The notes beneath the pieces were generated by a model. The model was given only the letters and a program-made list of their open reading frames with translations, did no database searches and was not told the origin of the DNA. Position numbers and translations under genes: made by a program. Shown piece by piece: positions 42,735-55,400 of a stretch of 64,000 nucleotides of DNA. Origin of the DNA: Laetmonice hystrix (Eukaryota); contig OZ249436.1 in the NCBI GenBank assembly GCA_965235115.1, positions 51,028,001-51,092,000 of the forward strand. The letters run 5' to 3'. Every line of letters begins with the position of its first letter. The stretch's first letter is position 1.

Positions 42735-42822
42735 AGTCCAGGAAGCTGACGGGAATTTCTTTGAGAGTTTCACGGCCCTCGCGTGGCAGCAGGAGAACAG
42801 ACGTCGGAGAGCCGCTTGTGAG
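42735..42822 (+). CDS. BAIAP3: Internal coding exon, VQEADGNFFESFTALAWQQENRRRRAACE
   Basis: Acceptor ttacAG at 42733-42734, donor GAG|GTAGGC, 88 nt (1 nt + 29 codons), family motif FFESFTALAW. Confidence 0.88.
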
Positions 42823-42857
42823 GTAGGCTCTCTCCCCCCTCTCTACAGTCTCCCTCA

Positions 42858-42860
<3 letters not shown>

Positions 42861-42898
<38 letters not shown>
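42861..42898. repeat. (CT)n microsatellite
   Basis: Direct reading. Confidence 0.95.
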
Positions 42899-42902
<4 letters not shown>

Positions 42903-45900
42903 TTTTTACTCATCCCTTTATCATGTCCCATCAAAAGAAGAGTAACGTTTTTATTCATCGTTTCATCGTGTGTCTTCAAAAGGTTTCCATACTCCCGGTC
43001 GATGAATTTGATATTTTTAAATTAACTAAAATAACAAATGCGCAGACCGTCGATAAGGTACAAACGAATGTCATTTTTGGCCTTCTATTCGTCACTGAAT
43101 TAGCATCTTATTTACTCCACCCACCCCGAGATAGACAGTTTAAATAAAGCTGGACGAGCGACGAGGATGTTTGTAATTAAGCTGTTCCCCGGCTCACTCG
43201 CTAGATGGCTCTAGGGTCGACGCAAGTAGGAGCCGGTACCGCCTACTGAGAGGTTGGCTGTCATTGGTTACACTCCCGTCTTTGATAGCTCACTTATTAT
43301 TGGCTTATCTAAAAATACATTGAGGATGTGCCTCTGTAATGGTCGCTGCCGGTCACACGATTTCTTCTACCAAATTTAGAACTTCTATCATTGTCACTGG
43401 ACAGTGACATTTGGTGAAAAAGTAAAATAGACTGTTAACTTTGAAATTCGCCGTAAGTTGTAAAGATTTCAACTGCGTGATAAATTACTTGACTGTCTTG
43501 AGGCAAAAGCAAACTGATGTTGTCCTCGACTTCGCCAGTGAGCGTCGGTAGCGCTCCATGCCATGGACTCGGCCGGGGTCCTCAGTGGGGTCTCCCGGGC
43601 CCTTCGCCCGTGAACACGCGTGTTAGGACATTGCCTAGACCTCACCTGTGTTTGTTGAAATTGTACCAGAGATTAAAAACCATATGATATGAACCTTTGT
43701 CTGTGGCAAGTTTGGTAACGTAGATTCGTAGCACATGAGTATGAAAAATTGAGTTGAAATTGATTGTGTAGCTGAGTGGAGATATCGTCGCAGACGGGGG
43801 GGACTAGAAGCGGTGGAGATCCGTCCATCAGCACAAATATCTCAGTATAGTTTCCAGGTGAATACGGTTAGTCTACGCGGAATTACATTCTGCGTTTTAC
43901 CGAGTACAATGAAGAAGAGCATATCACGCGATGCCAGCTCATAATTAATCGTCGTATTTTGCTACAATCACCAGTGAATCGAGACCCATGAGGGAAATTA
44001 GTTTCCACCGATGTAGAGTTCTGATCAGACAGGAACGTTTGAAAAATGTTCCTACATTTCTTATGGTTGATTTCAAGTTACGTGTCGCCCGTCAACGTTT
44101 CACTTATGCACATGTTCCTTTCTTCGGAATACCTGTCAGTAAGACGTCGTTTAGGGCACTTTACTGCCGTTTTTATTACACTATAACGACGGGGCTAATG
44201 TCTCATTCAAATGGTTAATTCATTTCCCAAAATACAGTGCGGTATCTCAAAAGTCGAGGACCACTGGGCACGGTCACGTGGTTGTCGGATGGTGCGCGCG
44301 CACTGACTGCTCGACAAACAGGTGCATCCGGTGACGACACTCAGAGCGTCGTAATGACGTGCTTGCCTTCTTCCCCGTTGACCTTTTTTGCTTCAAACGG
44401 AAAGGAATGGCAAGCTGACGCTAGTAATTATGTAATTGTAGGGATCTCGTTTCGCTGATTTGGAGTGTAGACACAGGTGAAATGATTCAGACGTGACATT
44501 AATGTCATTTCTCATGTTGCTGAGCGGAAGTCAATAGGATGTAAGATGAGGTGAGCTAATTGGTAGGAGCAGACGACATGATCACACCAAGGATAATATA
44601 CCTACGGTATCCTTGATCACACTCTCAACCTATACCTGTACTTATTTTATATCTCAATAGGAGGGGTCAGACACAGGTCAGACATGTACGTTACTGTCCA
44701 ACAAGAAAAGACGCAAACACTCTGGCTGAACCGCTGTTTCGCCTGTATTTTTATTATATTTTCAAAATGTAACCAATGGTAGGCCTACCAAGGACCAGAA
44801 AAGGAATATAACGACAAAATTGCCTCCTACCAGGGGCCTATGAATCAGCCTTACCTATTATCTATAACGAGGAGTTCAAACAACTTTACACCATCTCAAC
44901 ACAGCACCACGCCACTAATCTTAGACATCTCCTCCTATCCGCGCGCATGAGCAGGTCTACTTCCGCTACTACAGGTCAAGCACGTTTGCGGTTGGCCATG
45001 ACTCCAAACTCATAACACCCACAGGTATTCCCCGGAAGCAGTAGTATGCATTATGGGAAATCGCTGACGTCATTACCATCGGCACGCGGGTTCGAAATGT
45101 AAACTTTTGGCATCTCTGCCGACGACAAGTTCCTATATCGGAGTCTTACTAAATTAATTTAATTTTTCTCACATACGGGCATGTGCATGATCATGTATAT
45201 TTACATCCTATAGCTAGGGGTGAAAGGTACGCTGTATACTTCTCGTCGTCATATACTTCTCTTGGGCCTTTAAAATGGAATCATTATTAGCCAGTATAGA
45301 GAGTTGCATAATCCAGAATCATGGTAATAGAAACGTTTATAAAATATCAGGATGCCATCTTTCAGAAATTTTCCATTTCACAAACACTTCTGTCTGTTTC
45401 CCAACTCGTTGATTATTTTTGTATACAGCGGCATCGCTCTGGAGCCTATGTGAAAAACAAAGCTGTTAGAGATTTATAATGCCATGCATGTTTGTGGGTG
45501 ATTTTTATTCACAATATTTTTAACGGACACGACGAGCAAGGCATAGTTGCTACCAGTTACCGCAGACGGATAAGGAGGCGGGAGAGAAAGCAGATAGCGG
45601 TATTAAGAGGGGTGTAATGAAAGCGTATGGTTCCACGGTTTCTACCATTTGTTACACGCCCCTGTCACTAGGAACCACGCGAGGAGGAGGAGAGGCTCTG
45701 TAAAGATCCGTTTGATTCGTCCATCATTTGTTCTGTCACTGAATACCGCCATTGGAGCTGCTCCGTTAAACCGGGGCATATTGATTGGGACAGCCACCGG
45801 CCGGTGGGGATTGATTGGGTAGACGTAACCCACCCACCCGCCCGGCTATCGCTGCCCAGCCATTCCCTGCGCCACATCAAACCCATAACGGTCGTACACA

Positions 45901-46176
45901 TCCGGGGCTTCCTTCTAACACCCATACGGATTCAATGTCATTTACCACGACACCGCTCTTTTTCGCTTTTGCTTAATTTTACCGATCTCATACTTTAAAG
46001 TGTCCATTGTATCTTTGCTGAGTCGTGCCCCCTCATTAGTTGTATTTACTTTTAAAAAATAATATCTTTCGCTCACGAACATTTTTCTTTTCCCTCCGTT
46101 AAATTGTGACTAACCGCCGTGAAAAGAGACACCACAAGAAGAAGTCTGGGGCTCACAGTAGCTAATCACAGGGTGT

Positions 46177-46464
46177 GGATGGGAGGAGGGAGCGGTAGGA
46201 TTTGATGGGAGGAGGGAGCGGTAGGATTTGATGGGGGGAGGGAGCGGTAGGATTGGATGGGAGGAGGGAGCGGTAGGATTTGATGGGGGGAGGGAGGGAG
46301 CGGTAGGATTGGATGGTGGGGGGGGGGGCGGTAGGATTTGATGGGAGGAGGGAGCGGTAAGATTTGATGGGAGGAAGGAGCGGTAGGATTTGATGGGGGG
46401 CGGTAGGATTGGATGGGAGGAGGGAGCGGTAGCATTGGATGGGAGGAGGGAGCGGTAGGATTTG
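46177..46464. repeat. ~26-bp G-rich minisatellite
   Basis: Unit gatgggaggagggagcggtaggattt. Confidence 0.93.
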
Positions 46465-47101
46465 AGGCGACAAAAGAAAATGTGAACCACGTGTCCATAT
46501 GTTTTGGTCCGAGATCTCCTACAGTGTGGCAGTCTCGGTATAGCGACCTGTGGACCCTTGTTTCTATCCATGTTCAAAATCGCATTAGCGCAAGTCATAT
46601 CTATCCTTTATTCAATAAAGTCGCAGATAAATAAATGTTCGGTTTACTTGTTTCCTCATTTATTTGTTTATTTATTTATGCAATCTTTGTTTGGAAATAG
46701 CAAATAACAATACTGTCTCTGGACAGATTCATTCTGTACGCTCTCAGTGCCAAAACAGATGAATAAAAAGGAGAACTGTGTGCGTATTTGATCCGGGATT
46801 CATGAAAGGGACGGTGTATTAGTCTCTAGATTCCTCCACATGACCAGAGAAATCGTAAAATGTTACTGTCTACATGTATAGTGTATAGGCTTAGACGTAT
46901 GGCTAAGTGTCCCGTAGTAATTCACAGATTCTTTCCTCGTCCAATTGATTTAGAGCTTGTTGATGATATTACGAGTGTTTTGTTCGTTTTGTTAAACGCA
47001 GGTAAAAGTATGCTCTACCCTGATAGAGGACACTGACTTTAGTCTGGTTCCAATCAGAGCAACAAATATGTAGGGTGGGATTTGGTAACAGGCCATGCAC
47101 A

Positions 47102-47789
47102 ATGAACCTCAGTCAGCATTGGTCTGGATAGTATGGACGTCTGTCAGCGCTGGCCTGGATGGTCTGGACCTCAGTCAGCACTGGTCTTAATGGTATGGAC
47201 CTCAGTCAGCGCTGGTCTTGATGGTATGGACCTCAGTCAGCGCTGGTCTGGATGGTATGTACCTCAGTCAGCGCTGGTCTGGATGGTATGGACCTCAGTC
47301 AGCGCTGGTCTGTATGGTATGGACCTCAGTCAGCGCTGGTCTGGATGGTACGGACCTCAGTCAGCGCTGGTCTGGATGGTCTGGATCTCAGTCAGCGCTG
47401 GTATGGATGGTACGGACCTCAGTCAGCGCTGGTCTGTATGGTATGGACCTCAGTCAGCGCTGGTCTGGATGGTACGGATCTCAGTCAGCGCTGGTCTGGA
47501 TGGTACGGACCTCAGTCAGCGCTGGTCTGGATGGTCTGGATCTCAGTCAGCGCTGGTATGGATGGTACGGACCTCAGTCAGCGCTGGTCTGGATGGTACG
47601 GACCTCAGTCAGCGCTGGTCTGGATGGTCTGGATCTCAGTCAGCGCTGGGCTTGATGGTACGGACCTCAGCAAACACTGACCTGGATGGTACGGACCTCA
47701 GCAAACGCTGACCTGGATGGTATGGACCTCAGCAAACGCTGACCTGGATGGTATGGACCTCAGCAAACGCTGACCTGGATGGTATGGAC
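47102..47789. repeat. 31-bp minisatellite, ~22 copies
   Basis: Unit ggacctcagtcagcgctggtctggatggtat. Confidence 0.97.
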
Positions 47790-47953
47790 AACATTTAGTG
47801 TTGGCTTGAATAGTATTGACCTTTAGTCCGTACTTGCCTGGCTCTGGACCTATAGTATTCATGAACCTTGGTTAGTGCAGAACTTGATGTTTAATGTACG
47901 CAAACTTACGGAGGCCGCGATGTTATGGACCGCAGTCAATCAGCATGGAGTTG

Positions 47954-48798
47954 AGTCAGTATGGACCTCAGTCAGTACGAACCTCAGTCAGTATGGACCT
48001 CAGTCAGTATGGACCTCAGTCAGTATGAACCTCAGCCAGTATGGACCTCAGTCACTATGGAAGTCAGTCAGTATAGACCTAAGTCAGTATGAACCTCAGT
48101 CAGTATGCACCTCAGTCAGTATGAACCTCAGTCAGTATGGACCTCAGTCAGTATGAACCTCAGTCAGTATGAACCTCTGTCAGTATGAACCTCTGTCAGT
48201 ATGGACCTCAGTCAGTATGGACCTCAGTCAGTATGAACCTCAGTCAGCATGGACCTCAGTCAGTATGAACCTCAGTCAGTATGGACCTCAGTCAGTATGA
48301 ACCTCAGTCAGTATGGACCTCAGTCACTATAGACCTCAGTCAGTATGGACCTCAGTCAGTATGGACCTCAGTCAGTATGAACCTCAGTCAGTATGGACCT
48401 CAGTCAGTATGAACCTCAGTCAGTATGGACCTCAGTCAGTATGAACCTCAGTCAGTATGGACCTCTGTCAGTATGGACCTCAGTCAGTATGAACCTCAGT
48501 CAGTATGGACCTCAGTCAGTATAGACCTCAGTCAGTATGAACCTCAGTCAGTATGGACCTCAGTCAGTATGGACCTCTGTCAGTATAGACCTCAGTCAGT
48601 ATGAACCTCAGGCAGTATGAACCCCAGTCAGTATGGACCTCAGTCAGTATGGACCTCAGTCAGTATGAACCTCAGTCAGTATGAACCTCAGTCAGTATGG
48701 ACCTCAGTCAGTATGAACCTCAGTCAGTATGGACCTCAGTCAGTATGAACCTCAGTCAGTATGGACCTCAGTCAGTATGAACCTCAGTCAGTATGGAC
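47954..48798. repeat. 16-bp minisatellite, ~52 copies
   Basis: Unit tcagtcagtatgracc. Confidence 0.97.
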
Positions 48799-50052
48799 CA
48801 CGGTTAAAGTAGACCTGTATGGTACGGCTCAGTCCTGTAACCGGTGAGGTACGCACATCGACGCGTACCTCTCCAGCCGCCATGCATACAAAGATGGCAC
48901 CTTTAAGACTCGTGCCCCTTTGTGACGTCACCGATACAGTCAGGTCACGTTTCCGTCCCCAGGCTGATAACAGGGCAGGGAGTGGGAGCAAGGGGTGGGG
49001 TGGGGTGATCAAAATTACATAAACCTCTTGAGCAGCCTGAAGCCCTCCTTCAAACGGGTGGTGAAGTTCACCGGTGCATTAACTGTAGTCTGTGTGGACC
49101 TCCTCTACCCATAACGGCGGGGGGGGGGGGGGGGGGCTAGGGCGTCATGAGGTTCAATGGTAACCTCGTAACCATGCCCACTGGCTGAGCGGAATACCTT
49201 TGATCAAATGCCAGAACATTACATTGCTGCCGAAAATAATAATGGATGGTGTCACCATCACCCCGCCTTGCTTACTTCACATTGTCGTTTCTGGTGATAG
49301 ATGGTCGGGAGTATACATTCTGGCTATCCATCCATGCATTGCCTAAACTTATCATTAGCTCCAAACGATAAACGCCCAGGAAGGGCTTCAAGCATTGGCA
49401 CTTTTGTATGGGAAACCGGCCTTGGATGTATCGTGGGGGGATACATGTAGGCTAGATCTTATCATAGTACGTAATGACTATACCTCCATGTTGGTATGAC
49501 ATTTAATAATGCCCCCGTAGAAAACTGACGGGGTCACTACTGTGCAGGGCACCGGCCATGGAGTTGTATTGGAGGGGGAGTATTGACAGTGACCATACCT
49601 TCCGGCCTGGGTCTGTTGTGTTGAGTTGGATAAACATAAAGGTGACGACACCAATCTATCAGGCGGACGAGTACGGTTAAAGCAGGACTCGAGCACACAA
49701 AGCCTGCTCAACGCCTGGGCCTGGCTGGCATGGCGGGAGCGGAGAGCGCAGGGTACGGAGGGGGACTGACAGGCGGAAGTCGAGCGACCTTCACCTTCGA
49801 TGCAGCAGCTTCCGGTGTGGGGTCATGTTAATCCTGACCTTCCCGTCAGCGTTGTCAAAATAATGTCGAGGCAAACGCTGATCCAGTCCGGATTTCTTTA
49901 TAGGCTAGACAGTCTTGGCCGGCGGTAGGCTGCTAATTCTGCACGAGTGGCTCGACTTATTATCCACTCTATAATTACAACACGAGGTCTCGGCTTCGGT
50001 CCTGCCGTCTGAGCGAGTCAGTCATGGCATGGCCTGTATCGCTACATAAGCG

Positions 50053-50190
50053 CTTATGTAGCGATACAATGGGGTTTTAACGTAATTATGTAGCTATACT
50101 TTGGGGTTTTAACGTATTTATCTAGCTATACAATGGGGGTTTATCCTAATTATGTAGCTATACAATGGGAGTTTATCTTAATTATGTAGC
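50053..50190. repeat. ~33-bp degenerate tandem repeat x4
   Basis: ttatgtagctatacaatgggg... units. Confidence 0.8.
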
Positions 50191-50199
50191 TGTAGGCTA

Positions 50200-50843
50200 T
50201 CGGGTGTCCCAGAAAAAGTGAACCGCTTTTTGACAAGTATTTTCTCAGTAATAGATAAACCGATTTCATTGAAAATTTTCAGACAGTAACCTTAGGGTAT
50301 CATCAACAAGTCTGCAAAATAACTAAAAGATCTGACAGAACTTATGCGAGTATTGTCAAATTCAAAACAGCATGTCAAAAAATCCAATATCAAAGGAAAA
50401 CACTTATTTCAGTTTATATAAATGCTCAATGTGGCCTCCATCTTCCTTCACGACTAAAGGAAGCCGTTTTTTCCAAACAGAAATGCTTTTACGTATTTCT
50501 TCCACCGATATCATCTCCCATGACATAATTATCCTGTCCTTTAACGCCTGCTGGGTCAATTTGTCTCTCAGTCCCCGGTAAACTTTCTCCTTCAGGGAGT
50601 TCCATATGGCATAATCCATGAACGTGATGTAGGTCACTTTGCACAGTTTTGATATTGGATTTTTTGACATGCTGTTTTGAATTTGACAATACTCGCATAA
50701 TTTCAGTCAGATCTTTCAGATATTTTGCAGACTTGTTGATGATACCCTAACGTTATTGTGTGAAAATTTTTCAATGAAATCGGGTTATCTATCACTGAGA
50801 AAATACTTGTCAAAAAGCGGTTCACTTTTTCTGGGACACCCGA
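50200..50843 (-). mobile_element. Internally deleted Tc1/mariner-superfamily transposon with ~195-bp inverted repeats and TA TSD
   Basis: TA|tcgggtgtcccagaaaaagtgaaccgc ... gcggttcactttttctgggacacccga|TA; interior encodes a transposase C-terminus. Confidence 0.92.
50404..50670 (-). pseudogene. Transposase remnant (C-terminal end of a DDD mariner/maT-like transposase)
   Basis: MDYAIWNSLKEKVY...LKDRIIMSWEMISVEEIRKSISVWKKRL..VVKEDGGHIEHL resembles the SPDLNPxDYxxW...GGHxE C-terminus. Confidence 0.85.
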
Positions 50844-52405
50844 TACAATGGGCTTTTTCCAATAGCCGTCATTGCGTTTTGTTTTGTTTTATTTATTAAT
50901 CCTCAAATAGTAGGCCTATTAATCTTCCGGTGACGCTTGGCGCCAATCTTTCTAAATTCCTTGGCTTCATTCTGAACGTACCGCGGTCACTGGCCACATA
51001 TTTGAGGATCAAGTAGGATATCAGGCTACAGGTCAACTTTGGCAAAATGACTGATTTTACTACATCCTGCGCTGCTCTCAGACCTGATTACCAAACGTAA
51101 TCATTTTCCAAGATTAGCTTTAGATCTACGTGTTCTTGGTTAGAATCTATACCGTAACACAGATTATAGACCTAGTGTCATGGCGTAAGAATGATTTCCG
51201 TTTAAACAGGTTGACGCTGGTTCAGGCGGAAGGATATAAAGTCAAGGTGGACCTGAACGCGAAAGGTCACAACATAAAAGTTCTTTTATTGAAAAGCGCC
51301 ATTTATAGCAACTGTCCTTTGGTTCTTCTTCGTCTTTAGGGGACTCTCGAGGGAGTGCCACGATTGTAAACTGTCCATTTCCCTCGGTGGCTGAATGGAT
51401 ACACAGAAGGTCATGCGGTAAAATATATAATTTTGTTCTCGTCCAGCCGTGGGCGATCCACTGTTGATGTCTCCATTGGTATCGACTTTCCCTGCTCTTC
51501 TGAAGTGAAGATTCATGTCCCGCTGTGACCCAGAATCTACTCAGTTTCGGCTCCAGCGTCGTGCGCATAACAAGAAACGGGTTATTATATTACAATTCCC
51601 GAACTGCTCAGCTAGGGGAACCACATCTAAAGCCCGTGTAATTTGCGGATATGAAAATTTTGTTAATCAGGGTTTGGGAAACGGGGTGTTAAAGGGGCAG
51701 GGGTGTAGCTAACATGTATGTTGAGCAGGGTTAATGCTGAGTCAAGTAGTATGAGGAAAAAAGAAAAATTGCTTGTGAGCGCGGGGGGGGGGCACAACTA
51801 CCCGACGTCCGCCCTAAGACCCGCCACTGTTTATACGGCAGTGGGCCTACTACAGTCACAAACCCCATCCTGAAGTTGACTGAAAAAAGACAAAGTTAAA
51901 ATTTTGCTTTAAAGTTGCTGTCACCTGATACATAAAGAGATTATGAAACATGGCTATGCTCTCATCCCCCAGTCAACCCCCAGTCAATAACAGCGAGGTA
52001 ATGCAAAATAGTGGCTTTTATTTCGCAAATACGGGCCTATATTATGACAATAAAGCTGAATAATATGTCCTCGACAATGATAGAGTGGATATCACCACCA
52101 GCTGTCTCGTAATTATGAATCATCAATGCCATCAGTATCTACGCCAGCACTGATGCCCTGTGATATTTGTCCACCTTCCTGGCGGTCCGTGCTTTATAGA
52201 GGCACTCCGTCATCGGGCAGTACCAGTGTCGGGCGACGTACGGCCACGGGGCTCGACCCATGCACATTGTCATCAACCGTCTCTAGTTACGACGGGTTTG
52301 CGTCCAAACAGAAAAGGGCGAAATGATTAACGACTCCAGTGTCACGTGTGTACCGGAAATGAACCTGAACGCTTACTGCGCACGCGTTGGGTGATCAAAC
52401 TTAAA

Positions 52406-55400
52406 CGGTTATAGACCTACCGACAGTCTGACTGCTCTGAGCACTGACTGTTCAGGGCGGTTATAGACCCACCGACAGTCTGACTGCTCTAGGCGGTTAT
52501 AGACCCACCGACAGTCTGACTGCTCAGGGCGGTTATAGACCCACCGACAGTCTGACTGCTCAGGGCGGTTATAGACCCACCGACAGTCTGACTGCTCTAG
52601 GCGGTTATAGACCCACCGACAGTCTGACTGCTCAGGGCGGTTATAGACCCACCGACAGTCTGACTGCTCAGGGCGGTTATAGACCCACCGACAGTCTGAC
52701 TGCTCATGGCGGTTATAGACCCACCGACAGTCTGACTGCTCTAGGCGGTTATAGACCCACCGACAGTCTGACTGCTCTAGGCGGTTATAGACCCACCGAC
52801 AGTCTGACTGCTCATGGCGGTTATAGACCCACCGACAGTCTGACTGCTCTAGGCGGTTATAGACCCACCGACAGTCTGACTGCTCTAGGCGGTTATAGAC
52901 CCACCGACAGTCTGACTGCTCTAGGCGGTTATAGACCCACCGACAGTCTGACTGCTCGAGGCGGTTATAGACCCACCGACAGTCTGACTGCTCTAGGCGG
53001 TTATAGACCCACCGACAGTCTGACTGCTCGAGGCGGTTATAGACCCACCGACAGTCTGACTGCTCAGGACGGTTATAGACCCACCGACAGTCTGACTGCT
53101 TATGGCGGTTATAGACCCACCGACAGTCTGACTGCTCTAGGCGGTTATAGACCCACCGACAGTCTGACTGCTCTAGGCGGTTATAGACCCACCGACAGTC
53201 TGACTGCTCGAGGCGGTTATAGACCCACCGACAGTCTGACTGCTCTAGGCGGTTATAGACCCACCGACAGTCTGACTGCTCAGGGCGGTTATAGACCCAC
53301 CGACAGTCTGACTGCTCAGGGCGGTTATAGACCCACCGACAGTCTGACTGCTCTAGGCGGTTATAGACCCACCGACAGTCTGACTGCTCTAGGCGGTTAT
53401 AGACCCACCGACAGTCTGACTGCTCAGGGCGGTTATAGACCCACCGACAGTCTGACTGCTCTAGGCGGTTATAGACCCACCGACAGTCTCACTGCTCAGG
53501 ACGGTTATAGACCCACCGACAGTCTGACTGCTCATGGCGGTTATAGACCCACCGACAGTCTGACTGCTCTAGGCGGTTATAGACCCACCGACAGTCTGAC
53601 TGCTCAGGGCGGTTATAGACCCACCGACAGTCTGACTGCTCAGGGCGGTTATAGACCCACCGACAGTCTGACTGCTCTAGGCGGTTATAGACCCACCGAC
53701 AGTCTGACTGCTCAGGACGGTTATAGACCCACCGACAGTCTGACTGCTCGAGGCGGTTATAGACCCACCGACAGTCTGACTGCTCGAGGCGGTTATAGAC
53801 CCACCGACAGTCTGACTGCTCGAGGCGGTTATAGACCCACCGACAGTCTGACTGCTCAGGGCGGTTATAGACCCACCGACAGTCTGACTGCTCAGGGCGG
53901 TTATAGACCCACCGACAGTCTGACTGCTCTAGGCGGTTATAGACCCACCGACAGTCTGACTGCTCAGGGCGGTTATAGACCCACCGACAGTCTGACTGCT
54001 CTAGGCGGTTATAGACCCACCGACAGTCTGACTGCTCAGGACGGTTATAGACCCACCGACAGTCTGACTGCTCTAGGCGGTTATAGACCCACCGACAGTC
54101 TGACTGCTCTAGGCGGTTATAGACCCACCGACAGTCTGACTGCTCTAGGCGGTTATAGACCCACCGACAGTCTGACTGCTCTAGGCGGTTATAGACCCAC
54201 CGACAGTCTGACTGCTCAGGACGGTTATAGACCCACCGACAGTCTGACTGCTCGAGGCGGTTATAGACCCACCGACAGTCTGACTGCTCTAGGCGGTTAT
54301 AGACCCACCGACAGTCTGACTGCTCAGGGCGGTTATAGACCCACCGACAGTCTGACTGCTCAGGACGGTTATAGACCCACCGACAGTCTGACTGCTCGAG
54401 GCGGTTATAGACCCACCGACAGTCTGACTGCTCAGGGCGGTTATAGACCCACCGACAGTCTGACTGCTCTAGGCGGTTATAGACCCACCGACAGTCTGAC
54501 TGCTCGAGGCGGTTATAGACCCACCGACAGTCTGACTGCTCAGGGCGGTTATAGACCCACCGACAGTCTGACTGCTCGAGGCGGTTATAGACCCACCGAC
54601 AGTCTGACTGCTCAGGGCGGTTATAGACCCACCGACAGTCTGACTGCTCTAGGCGGTTATAGACCCACCGACAGTCTGACTGCTCGAGGCGGTTATAGAC
54701 CCACCGACAGTCTGACTGCTCAGGACGGTTATAGACCCACCGACAGTCTGACTGCTCAGGACGGTTATAGACCCACCGACAGTCTGACTGCTCGAGGCGG
54801 TTATAGACCCACCGACAGTCTGACTGCTCAGGACGGTTATAGACCCACCGACAGTCTGACTGCTCAGGACGGTTATAGACCCACCGACAGTCTGACTGCT
54901 CAGGGCGGTTATAGACCCACCGACAGTCTGACTGCTCAGGGCGGTTATAGACCCACCGACAGTCTGACTGCTCTAGGCGGTTATAGACCCACCGACAGTC
55001 TGACTGCTCAGGACGGTTATAGACCCACCGACAGTCTGACTGCTCAGGGCGGTTATAGACCCACCGACAGTCTGACTGCTCTAGGCGGTTATAGACCCAC
55101 CGACAGTCTGACTGCTCTAGGCGGTTATAGACCCACCGACAGTCTGACTGCTCTAGGCGGTTATAGACCCACCGACAGTCTGACTGCTCGAGGCGGTTAT
55201 AGACCCACCGACAGTCTGACTGCTCAGGACGGTTATAGACCCACCGACAGTCTGACTGCTCTAGGCGGTTATAGACCCACCGACAGTCTGACTGCTCTAG
55301 GCGGTTATAGACCCACCGACAGTCTGACTGCTCTAGGCGGTTATAGACCCACCGACAGTCTGACTGCTCGAGGAGGTTATAGACCCACCGACAGTCTGAC

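Noticed and set aside
47133..47711. Trp-rich ORFs (also 61966-62457 and 21962-22805)
   Set aside because: Repeat-derived, with no independent coding signal.
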